The notes under the pieces are model-generated. The model was given only the letters and a program-made list of their open reading frames with translations. It did not search any database and was not told the DNA's origin. A stretch of 64,000 nt of DNA. Source: Chiloscyllium plagiosum (lineage: Eukaryota). Positions within the stretch are counted from its first letter, which is position 1, and each line of letters opens with the position of its first letter. Positions 49,311 through 62,680 of the stretch are shown here, one piece after another. Location of the stretch: assembly GCF_004010195.1 (NCBI RefSeq), contig NC_057717.1, forward strand, positions 102,855,676 to 102,919,675. Direction: 5' to 3'. The position numbers were made by a program, and so were the translations under genes.

Positions 49311-51399
49311 CACACACACAGAAATGCAGAAGCAAACACAGGAACATACATACACAGAAACACACATGCAAACACTGAGACATACACACAACCACAGACA
49401 CACACACAAACACAGAGATTCACACATGTACACACACACAGAAACACACATGCAGACACACGCACACATACACACACTCAAACCAGAGAAACCCACATCT
49501 CAGCCAAATCCCACAAATCACTGATTGGCTTACGGCTCTTTGGGCTTTTCCAGGAAGAGGTAGCATAGCCAGAGCTCCCATTGGCTGACTAGGTCCCCAG
49601 AGCCTCAGCAAGCTCACTCCCTGTGAATGGGAAATCTATTTCAAATATGAATAATGTTTCAATTTACTATTACAGTCAAAATTGATGCCTTAGGCACTCA
49701 GGGACAATATTCATGCAGCTGTCGTCACATGTTTCCCCAATTTTAATTTCCCTTGTGGAACTGAGCTCTCCATCCCTTTATGTTCCTATATGATATAGTT
49801 AATAAGAAACACTACATCAGTGTTCATGTTTTATTTTGACTGCTTGTTTTTCATGTGTTGCATCTTCCATTTCATTGCGTTCAAACCAATGTGAATTGGT
49901 TCTGTGGAATTCTCCCAATGATACTGATGGCTCGTGCTGGGTAATACAGTTTGGGGGACATGTCCAAATCGACAAATCCAGATTAAGATGTGGTCAGACC
50001 ATGAGACCACTTTGGTTACTCACTCTTCATTGGTTGGAGAACAAAATTAGTTGCTATTCCACAAAAGTGATATGAAATAAAAAGTGCGTGTTTCTTTGAT
50101 CTTGTTAGAGAGTGAGATGAGCAATTGGAACGGGTGGTGAATGTTGGTTTTGCCAGTGACGCCCACATCACATAAAAGAAAAATTAAACTTTGTTCTGAT
50201 GCCAGCTGATGTTATTACTGGACAAGTCAAATCACTAATTGAAATCTGGCTTGATAGATCATATTTAGTTTCTTAATTTGCTTTTAATGAGGTGATCTCC
50301 CACCGAAAACAAATATGCAATGTTGCAGATTTGTTTTTAATAAACAAAAAACTTATTACAAAAAAATGAATGAAGCTAAAATGAAATAAACTAAATCATT
50401 ACATTGAAAACAAACTTAAAGATTTCAATGCACATACAATCCCATTAATCACAAGCAAGCTTTTGCCAAATACCAAACAGAAAATCCTTCTCTTTTATAT
50501 CTAACCTTAATTAAACTGTGACTTCAATTCCGTATTTTCAAAATCTGATAGCTTCTTCCCAGGACCTTAATGCAACTCAATTTAAACTTTTGCTCTTCAA
50601 GCTTTTATCCAAGCACTTCTGGTCTGGAAACTTTAAACTAAACTCCTTATACTGAGAGAACATCTTTCTTAACAGCGCCAAACTAGTTCCCTTTGTCAGG
50701 AATAACCACTTGACACATCTAGCTTCATGTTAAGATCACTGCAAACTGCCCAAAGTGAAACTATAATTTTTTTTTCCTTTTCCCCAAGACATGGTTGTTT
50801 CTTTCAATCAAAAGAAAAATCAATACTTCGCCTTCTAAACAGTAACTTTATACACAACTCTTCACTTTGTTCACTCATAAAAACCTCCCAATTGTAACAA
50901 ATTCTGATGAGCCTCCCCAGTTTGTCTTTCAGACTGCTTGAAAACAAAAAAAAAATATGGGCTACAGAAACACATACAGGTTAATGTTTAAACCCATTCA
51001 GGGACACAGAAATCCCACGTGCTACTGAGTCAAAATTCAAAGATCCAAAATAATTAATATTAAAATATATATAAATAACAAACCTTATATCACAAAATAA
51101 TTAGGAAGCCTAAAGCAAACTGGGAGATGTGAAAACACAGTGCTGAAAGGAACTGGAACAACGAAAATACGACTGAAAAACAACTGGGGCTCACAGTGGG
51201 TCAGGCAGCATCCATGGAGAGAGCAAGTTAACATTGTGAGTCTATATGACTCTTCATCAGAACTGAATATTTGTTGTTTTCAGTTCAGATTCTGCAGTAA
51301 TTCTCTCCTTCGATGAAAATGCAAAACAGATGTCGCACCCAGGATGTGAAAAACAAGAGATAAAAAGAGATGAAAAAGAGATTCCGACTTTTGTACCCC

Positions 51400-53300
51400 A
51401 ATCACTTCATAATAAAGGCCAACATTCCATTTGCCTTCCCTATTGCCCACTGAACTTGGATGCTAGTTTCTTGTAATCTATGCATGAAGATCTAAACGCC
51501 TCTGTGATGATGCCTTCTGCAGCATCTCTCTTATTTAAATAATATTCAGCTTCTCTATTCTTCTGCCAATGTGCCTAGCCTCACATTTTTCCACATTTTA
51601 TCCACCTGCCAAGTTTTTGTCCCCTTGGTTAACCTGTCTGTAATCCTCCTTAGAGTGTTTGTATCATCCTGACCACTTGCCTTCCAACCCAATTTTGTGT
51701 CATCTGCAAACAGGGTGATGGTACATTCACTCATCAAAAGCATTACTAAATAGTTGTGGCCTCAGCACTGATCACTGATCCTTGCTGGTTACCATTCTGA
51801 AAATGCTTCCCTTATCTCAACTCTCTGACTTCTATTAGTTAGCCAATCTTCTATCCATGCTAATATACTACACTCACACCTTTGACCTTTCTTTTATTAA
51901 GTAGCCTTAAGTAGACTTGAACACCTTTTGGACATTCAAACATGCTACATCTGCTGGTTCCCCTTTATCTATCCTGTGTGTTACAACCTCAAGGAACTCT
52001 GGGCTGCACAGCGGCACAGTGGTTAGCACTGCTGCTTCACAGCATCAGAGGCCCAGGTTTGATTCCTGCCCTGAACTGCCTGTGTGGAGTTTGCACATTT
52101 GCCCCGTGTCTGTGTGGGCTCCCTCCCTAGGTGCTCCAGTTTCCTCCCATTGTCCAAATATGTGCAGGTTAGATGAATTGGCCGTGCTAAATTGCCCCTA
52201 GTATTAGGTGTAGGGGTCTGAGTGGGTTGCTCTGTAGAGGGTCGGTGTGGACTTGTTGGGCCGAAGGGCCTGTTTCCACACTGTAAGAAATCTAATCTAA
52301 TAAAATTGTAAAAAAAAGACTCCAGCATTTTCCTAATGATGATATTAAGCAAACTACTTTTTGTCACCCTCCATCTCTGAAAAAAGGTATTACTTTGGCA
52401 ATTTTTCAATCCTTTAGGAGAATTCCAGAATTTAAGAATGCTTCGAAAGTTGCTCCCAGTGTATTCACTATGTCTGTAACTATTTAGAATCATAGAGCTG
52501 TACAGCACAGAAACAGATACTTCAGTCCAACTTGTCCTTGTTGACCAGATATCCTAAATTAATCTAGTCCCATTTGCCAGTATTTGGCCCAATCCCTCCA
52601 AACCTTCCTATTCATATAATCCATCCAGATGCCTTTTAAATGTTGTAATTTTACCTGTTTCCAAACTTCCTCTGGCAGCTCACTCCATACACGCACCAAC
52701 CTCTGCATGAAAATGTTGTCACTTAGGTCCCTTTTAAATCTTTCCCCTCTCACCTTAAACCTATACCCTCTAGTTTTGGACTCCACTACCTTGAGAAAAA
52801 TACTTTTGCTATTTATCCTACCCATGCCCCTCTTGATTTTATAAACCTCTATAAGGTCACCCCTCAGCCTTCGATGCTCCAGGGAAAATGGCCCCCGCCT
52901 ATCCAACCTCTCCTTATAGGTCAAACCCTCCAACCCTGGCAACATCCTTGTAAATCTTTTCTCAACTCTTTAAAGTTTCACAACATCCTTCCTGTTGCAG
53001 GGAGACCAGAATTGAATGCAGCATTCCAAAAGTGGCCTAGCCAGATATCCTGTACAGCTGCAGCATGACCTCCCAACCTTATACTCAATGCACTGACCAA
53101 TAAATACAAGCGTACTAAATGCCTTCTTCACTATCATGTTTACTTGCAACTCAAATTTCAGGGAACTATGAACCTGCACCCCAAGGTCTCTTTGTTTGGC
53201 AACATTTCCCTAGATCTTACCATTAAGGTTACTTCCTTTAGTATCCTAGGATGCAATCTATCAGGTCCAGGGGAGTATTGCTCTTTTGTCCCATTAGTTT
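51400..53300 (-). mobile_element. Old CR1 with nested HE1 SINE (52001-52300, +) and younger CR1 (52484-53225, -)
   Basis: LFADDTKLG and MLPGLEGL.Y.ERL...RGDLIEVYKI ORF remnants. Confidence 0.85.
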
Positions 53301-53679
53301 TTCTAGTATGTTTCTATGCTGCACTTACAGAGGTGTTGTCATTTTTATACAATAATAATTTGGAAACCCAGTCCAGCCATTGAATCATACTCAACCCTTG
53401 AGTTCTGAGAGCTAAGCCTAACCCTCAACCAGTGTCCCAACTTGGACTTTTCAATGGTGTCACTCAGTACCAAGCCAACTGATTTGCTCCCTTCCAACCT
53501 TCAGAGCACCAAGTCAAACTCGCTTTTCTACCTCAGCTGAAAAATTCCAGTGCAGAACTGGCTACCAGATTTGGGAATTTAGGGGTCATGTGGTTCAGTA
53601 GTCACCGGGAGATCCTTTAGCCACAAGGGAATTCCTTGAGTGCATACGCAGGTGATTTCAGTCAGGGACCAGCAGTAGG

Positions 53680-54400
53680 TCAGTGGCTAGGAATCTTGCC
53701 GTTGAGTTAAAGGAGGCAGGTTCAGCCCCCACTCTGCAGATTTAAGGGGTATAATCCAGCTGACAATCTGTCATGGTACAGAGAGAGTGCTGCACTGTTA
53801 GAGTTGAACCATGGTTTCGAATCCTGTCTGTCCTCTCAGATGGCAAATCAGATGGCACTAGGACAAGGGCAGTTATCCTCCAGTTGTGTCCTGAGCACTT
53901 AACCAACATCACAGAAGTCAGGTCATTACCTTGTTGGTGTTTGTGGGATCTTGCTGTGCATAAGCTGGTCATTGCTTCAATGACCATTGCTTCGGTGACT
54001 ATGCTTCAAATGTATTCAATTAGCTGCACAGCATTTTGAGGCAGCACGGTGGCATAGTGGTTAGCACTGCTGCCTCACAGTGCCAGGGACCCAGGTTCGA
54101 TTCCAACCTCGGGCAACTGACTGTGCAGAGTCTGCACATTCTCCCCGTGCCTGCAAGCCTGTTTCCTCCCACAGTCCAAAAGTCTGCAAGTTAGGGTGGA
54201 TTGGCTGTGCTAAATAGCCTGTAGTGTGCCGGGATGTGTAATGCTAAGTGAATTAGCCACAGCAAATGCCAAGGTAAGGGCTGCTCTGGGTGGGATGGTT
54301 TGGATTCTATGGGCTAAATGGCTGCTTCCACACTGTAGGGATATTATGGTAATATTAGTATGAGATGCACTGAGGTTATGAAAATATAAGTGCTCTCTTT
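53680..54400 (+). mobile_element. Old DeuSINE/SacSINE-like element interrupted by an HE1 SINE (54040-54340)
   Basis: gagagtgctgcactg...tgtttgtgggatcttgctgtgc body recalled from Deu-domain SINEs; family assignment from memory only. Confidence 0.5.
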
Positions 54401-55209
54401 CATTGACTTTCTATACCCACTACAAAGCTTACAGACCTTTATGAGATGTCAATTTCACAGCAGGCGTGTCAGACGATCAGGGAAGTGCAATGCACAGGGA
54501 GATATTTAGTTATGTGGCTGGCCAACTCTTTATCTCAATTACAGTCAATTTCCCATTTAAATGCCTCCTTGTTTCACCTTGAGTCTTCCTGTCACAGCAC
54601 TGAGTATTCATTTCACTATTTTCTAATTGTTCTAAATCTTCTGTTGAGAAGTATTCATAGCCAATCCCATATTATGTGCTTGGAACAGCGTGAAATTGCT
54701 TGAAAGAGTGCTTTTAATGGTAAATCCACAATCCATATTTGTTAAGGAATGATTGCAAAGTGATCCATTTCACTTATGCGTATCAGTGTATCTGATAGCC
54801 TCACGGTTAAGTTAGGTGTCCCTATAATCTGCCTAATCAATGTCCATCCATGCGCAACTCACCTCATTATAAGCTACTCTCACTTTGCGTGGTTTTGCAC
54901 TTTGCTTTCATTTTTTCTCATTTGTTCCCTCCTCTCCTAAGATTTGATGCAGTTACTTTACACAAATGCTTCTGCTCCACACATTAACCAGGACACTGAG
55001 CAGTGAGAGCTGTCATTTACCTTTACGCCATCTGCGTACATGACCTTCCAACAAGATCACAGTCAGGAGGTTGAACCCTGGCTCATCCCCTTTCCCTTTC
55101 TAACCTAAAGTCTGACATATTACTTGTTAATTACTTCTCTGAGGTCAGTTCATCCAGGATTTAAGCTCAATGATCAAGCTTTAAATATTCTGATCCATGT
55201 TAGTATTAC

Positions 55210-55968
55210 AGTTGAGCATGAAAACAGGCCATTTGGCCTACCATGTCTGTGCTGACCATGATGCCATTCTAAACTAATCCCATCTGCCTGTACATATTTC
55301 ATATCCCTCTATTCGCTGCCTATTTGTGCTTCTGTCTAAATGTCTCTTAAACATTGGCAGTGTGTTCCAGGCACACCTCCCATGGCAGTGTGTTCCAGGC
55401 ACCTACCACATTCTGCATAAACAAAATCTTCTACATCTCCTTTAAACTTTCCCCCTCTCACTTTAAACCTATACCCCCTAATATTTCACATTTCCACTTC
55501 AGAAAAAAGACTTCACCTATCCTTCTCTGTCCATGTCTCTCATAGATCACAGTCAGGAAGATGAACCCTGGCTGATCTCTTTCTATCAGGTCACCCCTCA
55601 GCTTCTGACGCTCAAATGAAAACAATCCAACTCTATCCAACCAATCATTATAGCTAATACACTCCAATACAGGCAGCATCCTGATAAATCTCTTTTGCAC
55701 CCTCTCCACAGCTTCCACATCCTTCCTATCGTGTGATAAGTTTGCACATTCTTCCCGTGTCTGCATGGGTTTCCTCCGGGTGCTCCGGTTTCCTCCCACA
55801 GTCCAAAGATATGCAGGACTGGTGAATTAGCCATACTAAATTGCCCGTAGTGTTATGTGCATTAGTCAGAAGGAAATGTGTCTGGATGGGTTACTCTTTG
55901 GAGGGTCAGTGTGGACTTGTTGGGCTGAAGGGCCTGTTTCCACACTGTAGGCAATCTAATCTAATCTA
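55210..55968. mobile_element. CR1 3' fragment (-) joined to a partial HE1 SINE (55738-55968, +)
   Basis: RKDVEA.ERVQKRF.RMLP ORF remnant; SINE core and tail. Confidence 0.85.
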
Positions 55969-56270
55969 AGAAAAAGGATTGCATACAATACTCCATAATA
56001 TTAATTACAATTTTTTGAAAGAATACATTCATAGAGACACGATCGCAGCTGATGATATTACTGTGCAAGTCAGATGCTAGATTAAAGCTTCATTTGAGTA
56101 AACTATAACTTTTTAGTTTGCTGTTGGTTACTGCAGTGTTCAGTCACTGAACATATTCACACATCACCAACAAACAAAGGAATACAAGGGTTTGTACAAA
56201 AAGAGGAAAGAAGCAAACTTAATCCTTTCTGCTGCTTTCAGGGTACAGATGAAATGTCAATGCTGGTTTA

Positions 56271-56445
56271 TTAGATTAGATTAGATTCTCTACAGTGTGG
56301 AAACAGGTCCTTCAGCCCAACAGGTCCACAGCGCCCCTCCGAAGAGAAACTCACCCAAACCCATTCCCCTACCCTGACTAATGCACCTAACACTACAGGC
56401 AATTTAGCATGGCCAATTCACCTAACCTGCACATCTTTGGACTGT

Positions 56446-56476
<31 letters not shown>

Positions 56477-56586
56477 ACGCAGACACGGGGAGAATGTGCA
56501 AACTCTACACAGACAGTTGCCCGAGGCGGGAATTGAACCCGGGTCCCTGGCGCTGTGAGGCAGCAGTGCTAACCACTGAGCCACCG
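56271..56586 (-). mobile_element. HE1-type SINE, full length and little diverged
   Basis: A/B boxes, CpGs retained, (ATTAG)n tail. Confidence 0.93.
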
Positions 56587-58289
56587 TTTCTTACCATAGA
56601 TGCTGACAGACCTGCTAAGTTGTGCCAGCAATTTCTGTTTTTGTTTCAGATCACCAGAGTCTGTAATTCTTTTATTCATGAATTTAATCCTTTTCCCAGC
56701 AACATCCTTCACAGACACTCAAGCTACCCAGACCATGGTGGTAGAGGAGGCAGCCTGTCAGTAGAAGAGTTTAAAATTGATAAAGAGGAGAATTGCAGAA
56801 CAAGCAATCGTGATATGAGAAAGAAAGCCTTTCTATACAGTGCGTAGACAGGGTCTGGAGCGCATTCCCTGGAAATGTGGTGGAGGCAGGTTCAATCAAG
56901 GATTTGGATGGTCATTTAAATTGAAACAATGTGTCAGTTATTGGGGAAAAGGCAGGAGATTGACACTAAGTTAAAGTGCTAGAGAGCTGGTGCAGACACA
57001 ATGGGCCAAATGGCATGCTTATGTATCATAACCATTCTGTGATTCTATGAATTGCAAGCCTCTGATTTGCTCGTGTGGCCTCAGATTATATGGCTGGTTC
57101 AGTTCTGGTAAAAACAAAAGTGAATTTTGAACAAGAATGTGAAATTTCTCCAATTAAAAGACCAAACATTGACCAAACGATAATCTATTAAACTATAGTT
57201 GGAGAATAGAAGCATGCTTGAAAACTATTTAGATGTTTAATCTAATTTTGGTTATTGACCCCCATTCTAAAAATCAAGAAGGGAAAGACATGAGGTAAAC
57301 TCTTTGTTTTTTTTCTATTCAACAACTGCTGCTCTCATCTGGCAATGGAACTGGTCAATTTTGAAGGAATTCTCTGGAGCAATTATTGGGGGAGGTTTCT
57401 CTTCCATACAGGACTTCACCCCTTAACTGCCTAATTCCTGTCTGTTACTATGCTGCTCATAGTACATTACATTTTTGAATGTCTGTAAACATTATTATAG
57501 TGGCTCGTCCAATGCCAGTGTTCCTCTCCTTCAAGAAATGATTGAAAACTTCTGACAGTATTCCAGCTATGGTCTGACCAGTGCCTTGTATAGTTTTAGT
57601 GTATGCATGTGGGGACAAGATATTATTTAGAAAAACAGATTAAATGGAAAGTAGGTATAGTTTGCAGGGACTGTAGACACTATCATTAACTTCTTTACCT
57701 CAGTGGTAAAACTGTTTCTTCTCTTCCACAACAATTTAATAATTGAATGGCTTCGCTCTGCAGTCTAGCATTGGTACAATAACAACATAGCTGATCATTC
57801 ACCTATGTGGGAGGATGATTGGCATGTCACACATCCTGAGTCGATGCCATAGGATCCTTCAAAAGAGATCAAATAGAGCATTGTGCTGAATTGTACAGGT
57901 GTCAGACTTTGAACTGCAATTGGCATCGTTCCGTAACCTGAAGCAATTTCACTCCAATTATTAATAATTGCACCAATTATTCATGATTTGCAAATCTTCC
58001 GATGCACTATTAATGATGTGAAGAGCAAATATTTGATTTGTTTTTTGGTGGGATACCGACTAATGACATATCTGAGTTTTGAATGTGGTGTACAGACATT
58101 CCAAACAGATAACCGAGTAAGAGAGAGGTTTAGTCTGCATGAGAGTCCCTAATAATTAAGTATTACCCATGGCTGGGTTGCCAATATTTCTGTGGGGTTG
58201 AGGCGGATGGTGATATATATTGGCTATGTTTCTAGAAATAACATACATGCCTGCTCTAATGCTCTTGTGACATGAGTTCAAATCCCAGC

Positions 58290-59128
58290 GTGAGATGATA
58301 TTATGGCTTTAAAAGTTGTATTTTGTCCTGCGTTTTTTTTAAGAGATGTTTTGAGTAATAGGTGGTGAGAAGTCTCCTCCAAGCCAATACAATAAACAAC
58401 TCGTGAGGCTTTAGTCTTTATTTAAAGTTGCAACAATAGAAACAGCCTGAATGGGTGGAGTCAGGAACCAGGTTTTTGGTTTAGCTGTCAGTAGTGGTTG
58501 GTGCTTTGAAGTTGACTGTGGAACCTTTCTCTTTCACTCTACCAGAACTTTCTCTCTCTGCTGCCAGCATTGCATGCAAGACAATCTGTTTTACTGAACT
58601 TGCCTTTGCCAAGGGTGCATTTGTGGGATGTTATGATATTGAAACGGCTGCTGTTTAGTAGTTAAATAATCTATTATTGTGTTAAGTTTTCCAATAAGGT
58701 TAAACCAATTCTTCTTCCTTTTGTTTGTATTTAATTATAGGGTAAGAATAAAGTGTGTTTTGTTTAAAGCCGAATAGTGTAGCCAGTCGAATTACATCTG
58801 GAACGCTGCACCTTACACTTGCCTTTAAATAGGATAAAAGTTAGGGTCTCAGCTATTGCCTTGATATATTTTATAGGGGTTTGGTCTGCACCATAATAAC
58901 TTCCCAAACCTCAACAACTACTGAATGCTAAACTAAAACCCTAATTGAGTGGGAACCTGAGTCCACCCATTCAGGCTACGTCTACTATTCCAACTTCAAA
59001 ATAAAAACCCAAGGCCTCAAAAGCTGTTTATTGACTTGGAGGAGACATCTCAGCTTAAGGCTCAAAATCTCTCTTCAAAACAAAGACCAGGACAAAATGA
59101 ATTTCTAAAAGCCATGGTGCCATCACAT
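58290..59128. mobile_element. Probable solo LTR (58290-58900) abutting an inverted partial copy of its 5' part (58900-59128)
   Basis: Similarity to 20771-21404; gaatgggtggagtcagg is mirrored by cctgagtccacccattc. Confidence 0.55.
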
Positions 59129-59869
59129 CTGTGTGACCATTGGAGGAAGTTAAATTGATTAATAAATCTGGAATATGATAGTGTACACGGAACTATCACT
59201 GATTCTTGTAAAAGCCCATTGGTGCCCTGTTGAGAAGGAAGTCTAGCCTACATGTGATTCCATACCCACTCTTAACTCTATATCACAGAAGAGACCTTTT
59301 AGTCCACTGACAAAAATTACTCTGAATCTACACCAGGTCCTTGCACTTGGTCCACAGCCTTCGAAGTTATGACATTTCAGGAACTCAGAGCTCATCCAAG
59401 CACTTCTTAAAGTAGATTTGTGAGGTTTTCCATCTTAACTACCCTCCCACAGGGTAATCAGTAAGCAGACCTCATTGGCTGTGAAGCACTTTGACACGGT
59501 GTAAAACAGCGAAAGTCTTCGGAGTCGTGTGGGGCAAATCAGAAAGTGGAAAATGACAGGTACTCGGGACTTTGTACGTGGGATTCTAGGACAAACTCAA
59601 AAGCAGAGCTGTCCATTTTAGACTGCCTTGTATTAGATTGTAAGTGTTAATATCTGGGACCTCACACAATGATGATACAATGGAAGGCACGACTGAGAGA
59701 CTTGGAGAGAGATTGATGATAACTCAACAACAGAAAGATAGAAACATGGAAAGCTGTCTATAGACTTCCACATGCAACAAACTAATTGTTTGCACAAAGA
59801 ATGAGTAACTCTCTAAAGCTGGATCAACCAATAAATTATGTCAGTTAGCACTCAGAGAGTTGTTACAAT

Positions 59870-60093
59870 TAGCGAGTTTTGAGAAGATTTGTAGCTGAGG
59901 TTGTGGTTCTGGATGTAGGTTTGTTCGCTGAGCTGGAAGGTTCATTTTCAGATGTTTCATCACCATTTTAGGTAACACCTTCAGTGATCCTCCGGATGAA
60001 GGCTTTATTCGGAGGCTCGCTGATGATGTTACCCAGTATGGTGATGAAACATCTGAAAACGAACCTTCCAGCTCAGCAAGCAAACCTACATCC
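59870..60093. mobile_element. Fold-back Penelope-like insertion, family D
   Basis: Palindrome 59909-60095 centred on 60002, 39-nt tail on the left, duplication AGTTGTTACAAT at 59858-59869 and 60094-60105; hammerhead motif 60017-60056. Confidence 0.85.
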
Positions 60094-61654
60094 AGTTGTT
60101 ACAATGTGCATGAAACAAGGATGCAGTAATTTTCATAGATAGATAGATAATAGGAATCAGCCAATCTGTCCTTTGAGCCTGCTCCATCATTCAGTATGAT
60201 TATGGCTGATCATCCAACTCAATACTTTTTGATCCCTTTGGCCCAAAGAGCTATATTTAACTCCTTCTGAAAATATTCATTTTGTAACCTTCCACCAAAG
60301 AGCTTACACAGTTTACTCAATGTTTTGATCATATTATGTTCAATTATGTGAGTCTGGTTACTGACCCATGCTCACTGTGCTTGATTGGTTAAGTCTGGGT
60401 GTTGCTCAGAAAAAAGCAGACAGGCACCACAGAAAGAACTAGAAGTTAATTACAAGCATGAGTATTCAGTTTCAATAAAACCTGCAACCCATCAAGTCAC
60501 CATTGTCCTACCAGATAATAGGGTTGCTCTCTTATTAGAGAGACACACACACACAAACAAAACTGGTGGTGATTTAACCTGAGGGTCACAGCATCTCAGA
60601 TGAGGGGAGAGGTCTGTATGGAAACCTCAGCTGGTGTGGGGGTTGAACCCACACAATTGGCATCATATTACGTTGCAAGCCAACCATTTATGCCATCTGA
60701 GCTAAATCAACCCCCAACACAACAAAGTATGTGTCCAAGATTTAAAATATGCAATGCTGTAAGCTGGGCTAGTTCAACTGGGACAGTGGTGCTGACGGAC
60801 TCAGGTAAGAATCTTCTTTTGTAAAATCTGAGTCAGGAGGGAAAGGGATTATTTATCTTATTGGTATCTAGAATAATAGAATCAGGTCTATGATTAATTG
60901 TTCTTGTTGTATACTCTTTGCATATTTAACCAGGGCCCCAATTTAGAACCTGAGTTCTTCTGTTTTTAGATCCATTCAAATTGCTTTTCAAAGAGAGGGA
61001 TTACAAGGAACGTTCAGCACAGAAACAGACCATTTGGCCCAGTGATGGCAGTAATTATTCTCCACACGCACCTCCTCACATTGCTCATCACTTCATCCAA
61101 TCTGATACATTCTAAATGCTGGTGCACAGAGTAACGATTCTCAGTGATTGCCCCTGGGTCACGTCATCATTGACCGAGGTATGAAGTAATTACAGCAAAA
61201 TATGCTCAGCAGGGAAGCTGAGTATGTATAAAAGCAAAGTCAGAAACAAAAAATGAAATCTTCTCCAGATGAGGAAAAATGATTAAACCCTCACTCAATG
61301 TACACAGAACACTGAAAATTAAATCTTAAAATGCACAGCAGATCTGTAAAATATCAAAAATGCTTCAAACATTCATGAAGTACATTCTGAAGCAAGACCC
61401 TGGCTCTATTACATTTAGCATGCCCTCTGTGAGTGCCATCCCTTTCCTTACATGAGAGAGTCCTGTAGAGATATCACTAATTAAATTGAACAAATTACAG
61501 CTTGTCATGCACTCAGCCACTGTAGAAATCTTGCTCTATTGGGTCTAATTGGATTGAGGCTCATTTTATCTGAGCACCGATTACAACCTCAGAGTATGGC
61601 ACTCCAGCATCAACTGTGGGAATTCTCCGTGGCTGAAGGTTATATTGTCGCTCA

Positions 61655-61980
61655 ACAGGCAGGAGGCTGGACGAACACAGCAAGCCAGGCAGCATCGGGA
61701 GGTGCAGGAGTCGACATTTCGAGTGTAATCCTTCTCTAGGACTGGGGGTGGGTGTAGGGGGAGCTGCAGATAAAGGGGGCAGGATGGTGAGGTGGGTATT
61801 GGTCAATAAAAGTAGAGAGTACAATCTGGTCGGTCGATGGGAGGAATGAATCCGATAGGTAGCTGGAAGGAAGGGTCGATGTGAGGGAATAGCAGGGAGG
61901 GGGAGGGGCTGGGAAGGGAGTTGTTTGAACAGAGGTTGTTTGAAATTGGAGACTTCAAAGTTGTGACCTCTGGACTGTAT
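61655..61980 (-). mobile_element. Decayed Penelope-like 3' end (family B related)
   Basis: Last GIY-YIG residues (Q..G.N.E.SNFK) then pyrimidine-rich UTR, GAAATGTCGAC and gatgctgcctggcttgctgtg tail. Confidence 0.65.
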
Positions 61981-62400
61981 TGTGGCTGTCTTATCGCAGG
62001 CCAATGATCAAGTGGGGCACGCTGGATATGAGTTCCTGGTCATACCATTCATGCCAAGCTTTGGGAGTGGGTAGTGCCAATGACAGGTGATTGAGGGAAT
62101 GTTTGAATGACGAGACAGCTACCCCACCTTAGTGATAATGGTCAGATTCTTTTGGAGGGGTTTATACCACATGGCTTAGTGAGTTTCCTCGCCGCACCTT
62201 CCCAAAACCACCTCATTAACCATGTTTTCCACCCAAACAGGATTCATCACATTCTACTACAACCACGTCTGACCACACACCATTCCCAGAACAACTCACC
62301 ACTGCCAGGAAATCATAGGAATTTGGAGTGGGAGTGGGCAATTCAGCCCTTTGAGCCTGCTCTACCATTTGACATGATCATATCCCAGATTCAACTCCAG

Positions 62401-62680
62401 GGTGGCTCAGTGGTCAGCACTGTTACCTCACAGCGCCAGTGACTCAGGTTCAATTCCAGCCTCGGGCAACTGTCTGTGCGGCGTTTGCACGTCCTACCTG
62501 TATCTGCATGGGTTTCCTCTGCGTGCTCTGGTTTCCTCCCACACTCCAAAGATGTGCAGATTAAGGTGGATTGGCCAGGATAAATGCAGGGATATGGTTG
62601 GTGGTTGGGTCTGAATGGGATGCTGTTCGGATGGTTAGTCTGGACTTGGTGGGCTGAATTCCACACTGTTGAGAGCCTAT
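62401..62680 (+). mobile_element. HE1-type SINE
   Basis: A/B boxes and core. Confidence 0.85.

Noticed and set aside
50290..51093. AT-rich LTR-like segment (also ~15920-16720)
   Set aside because: No clearly alignable second copy or clear ends in the window.
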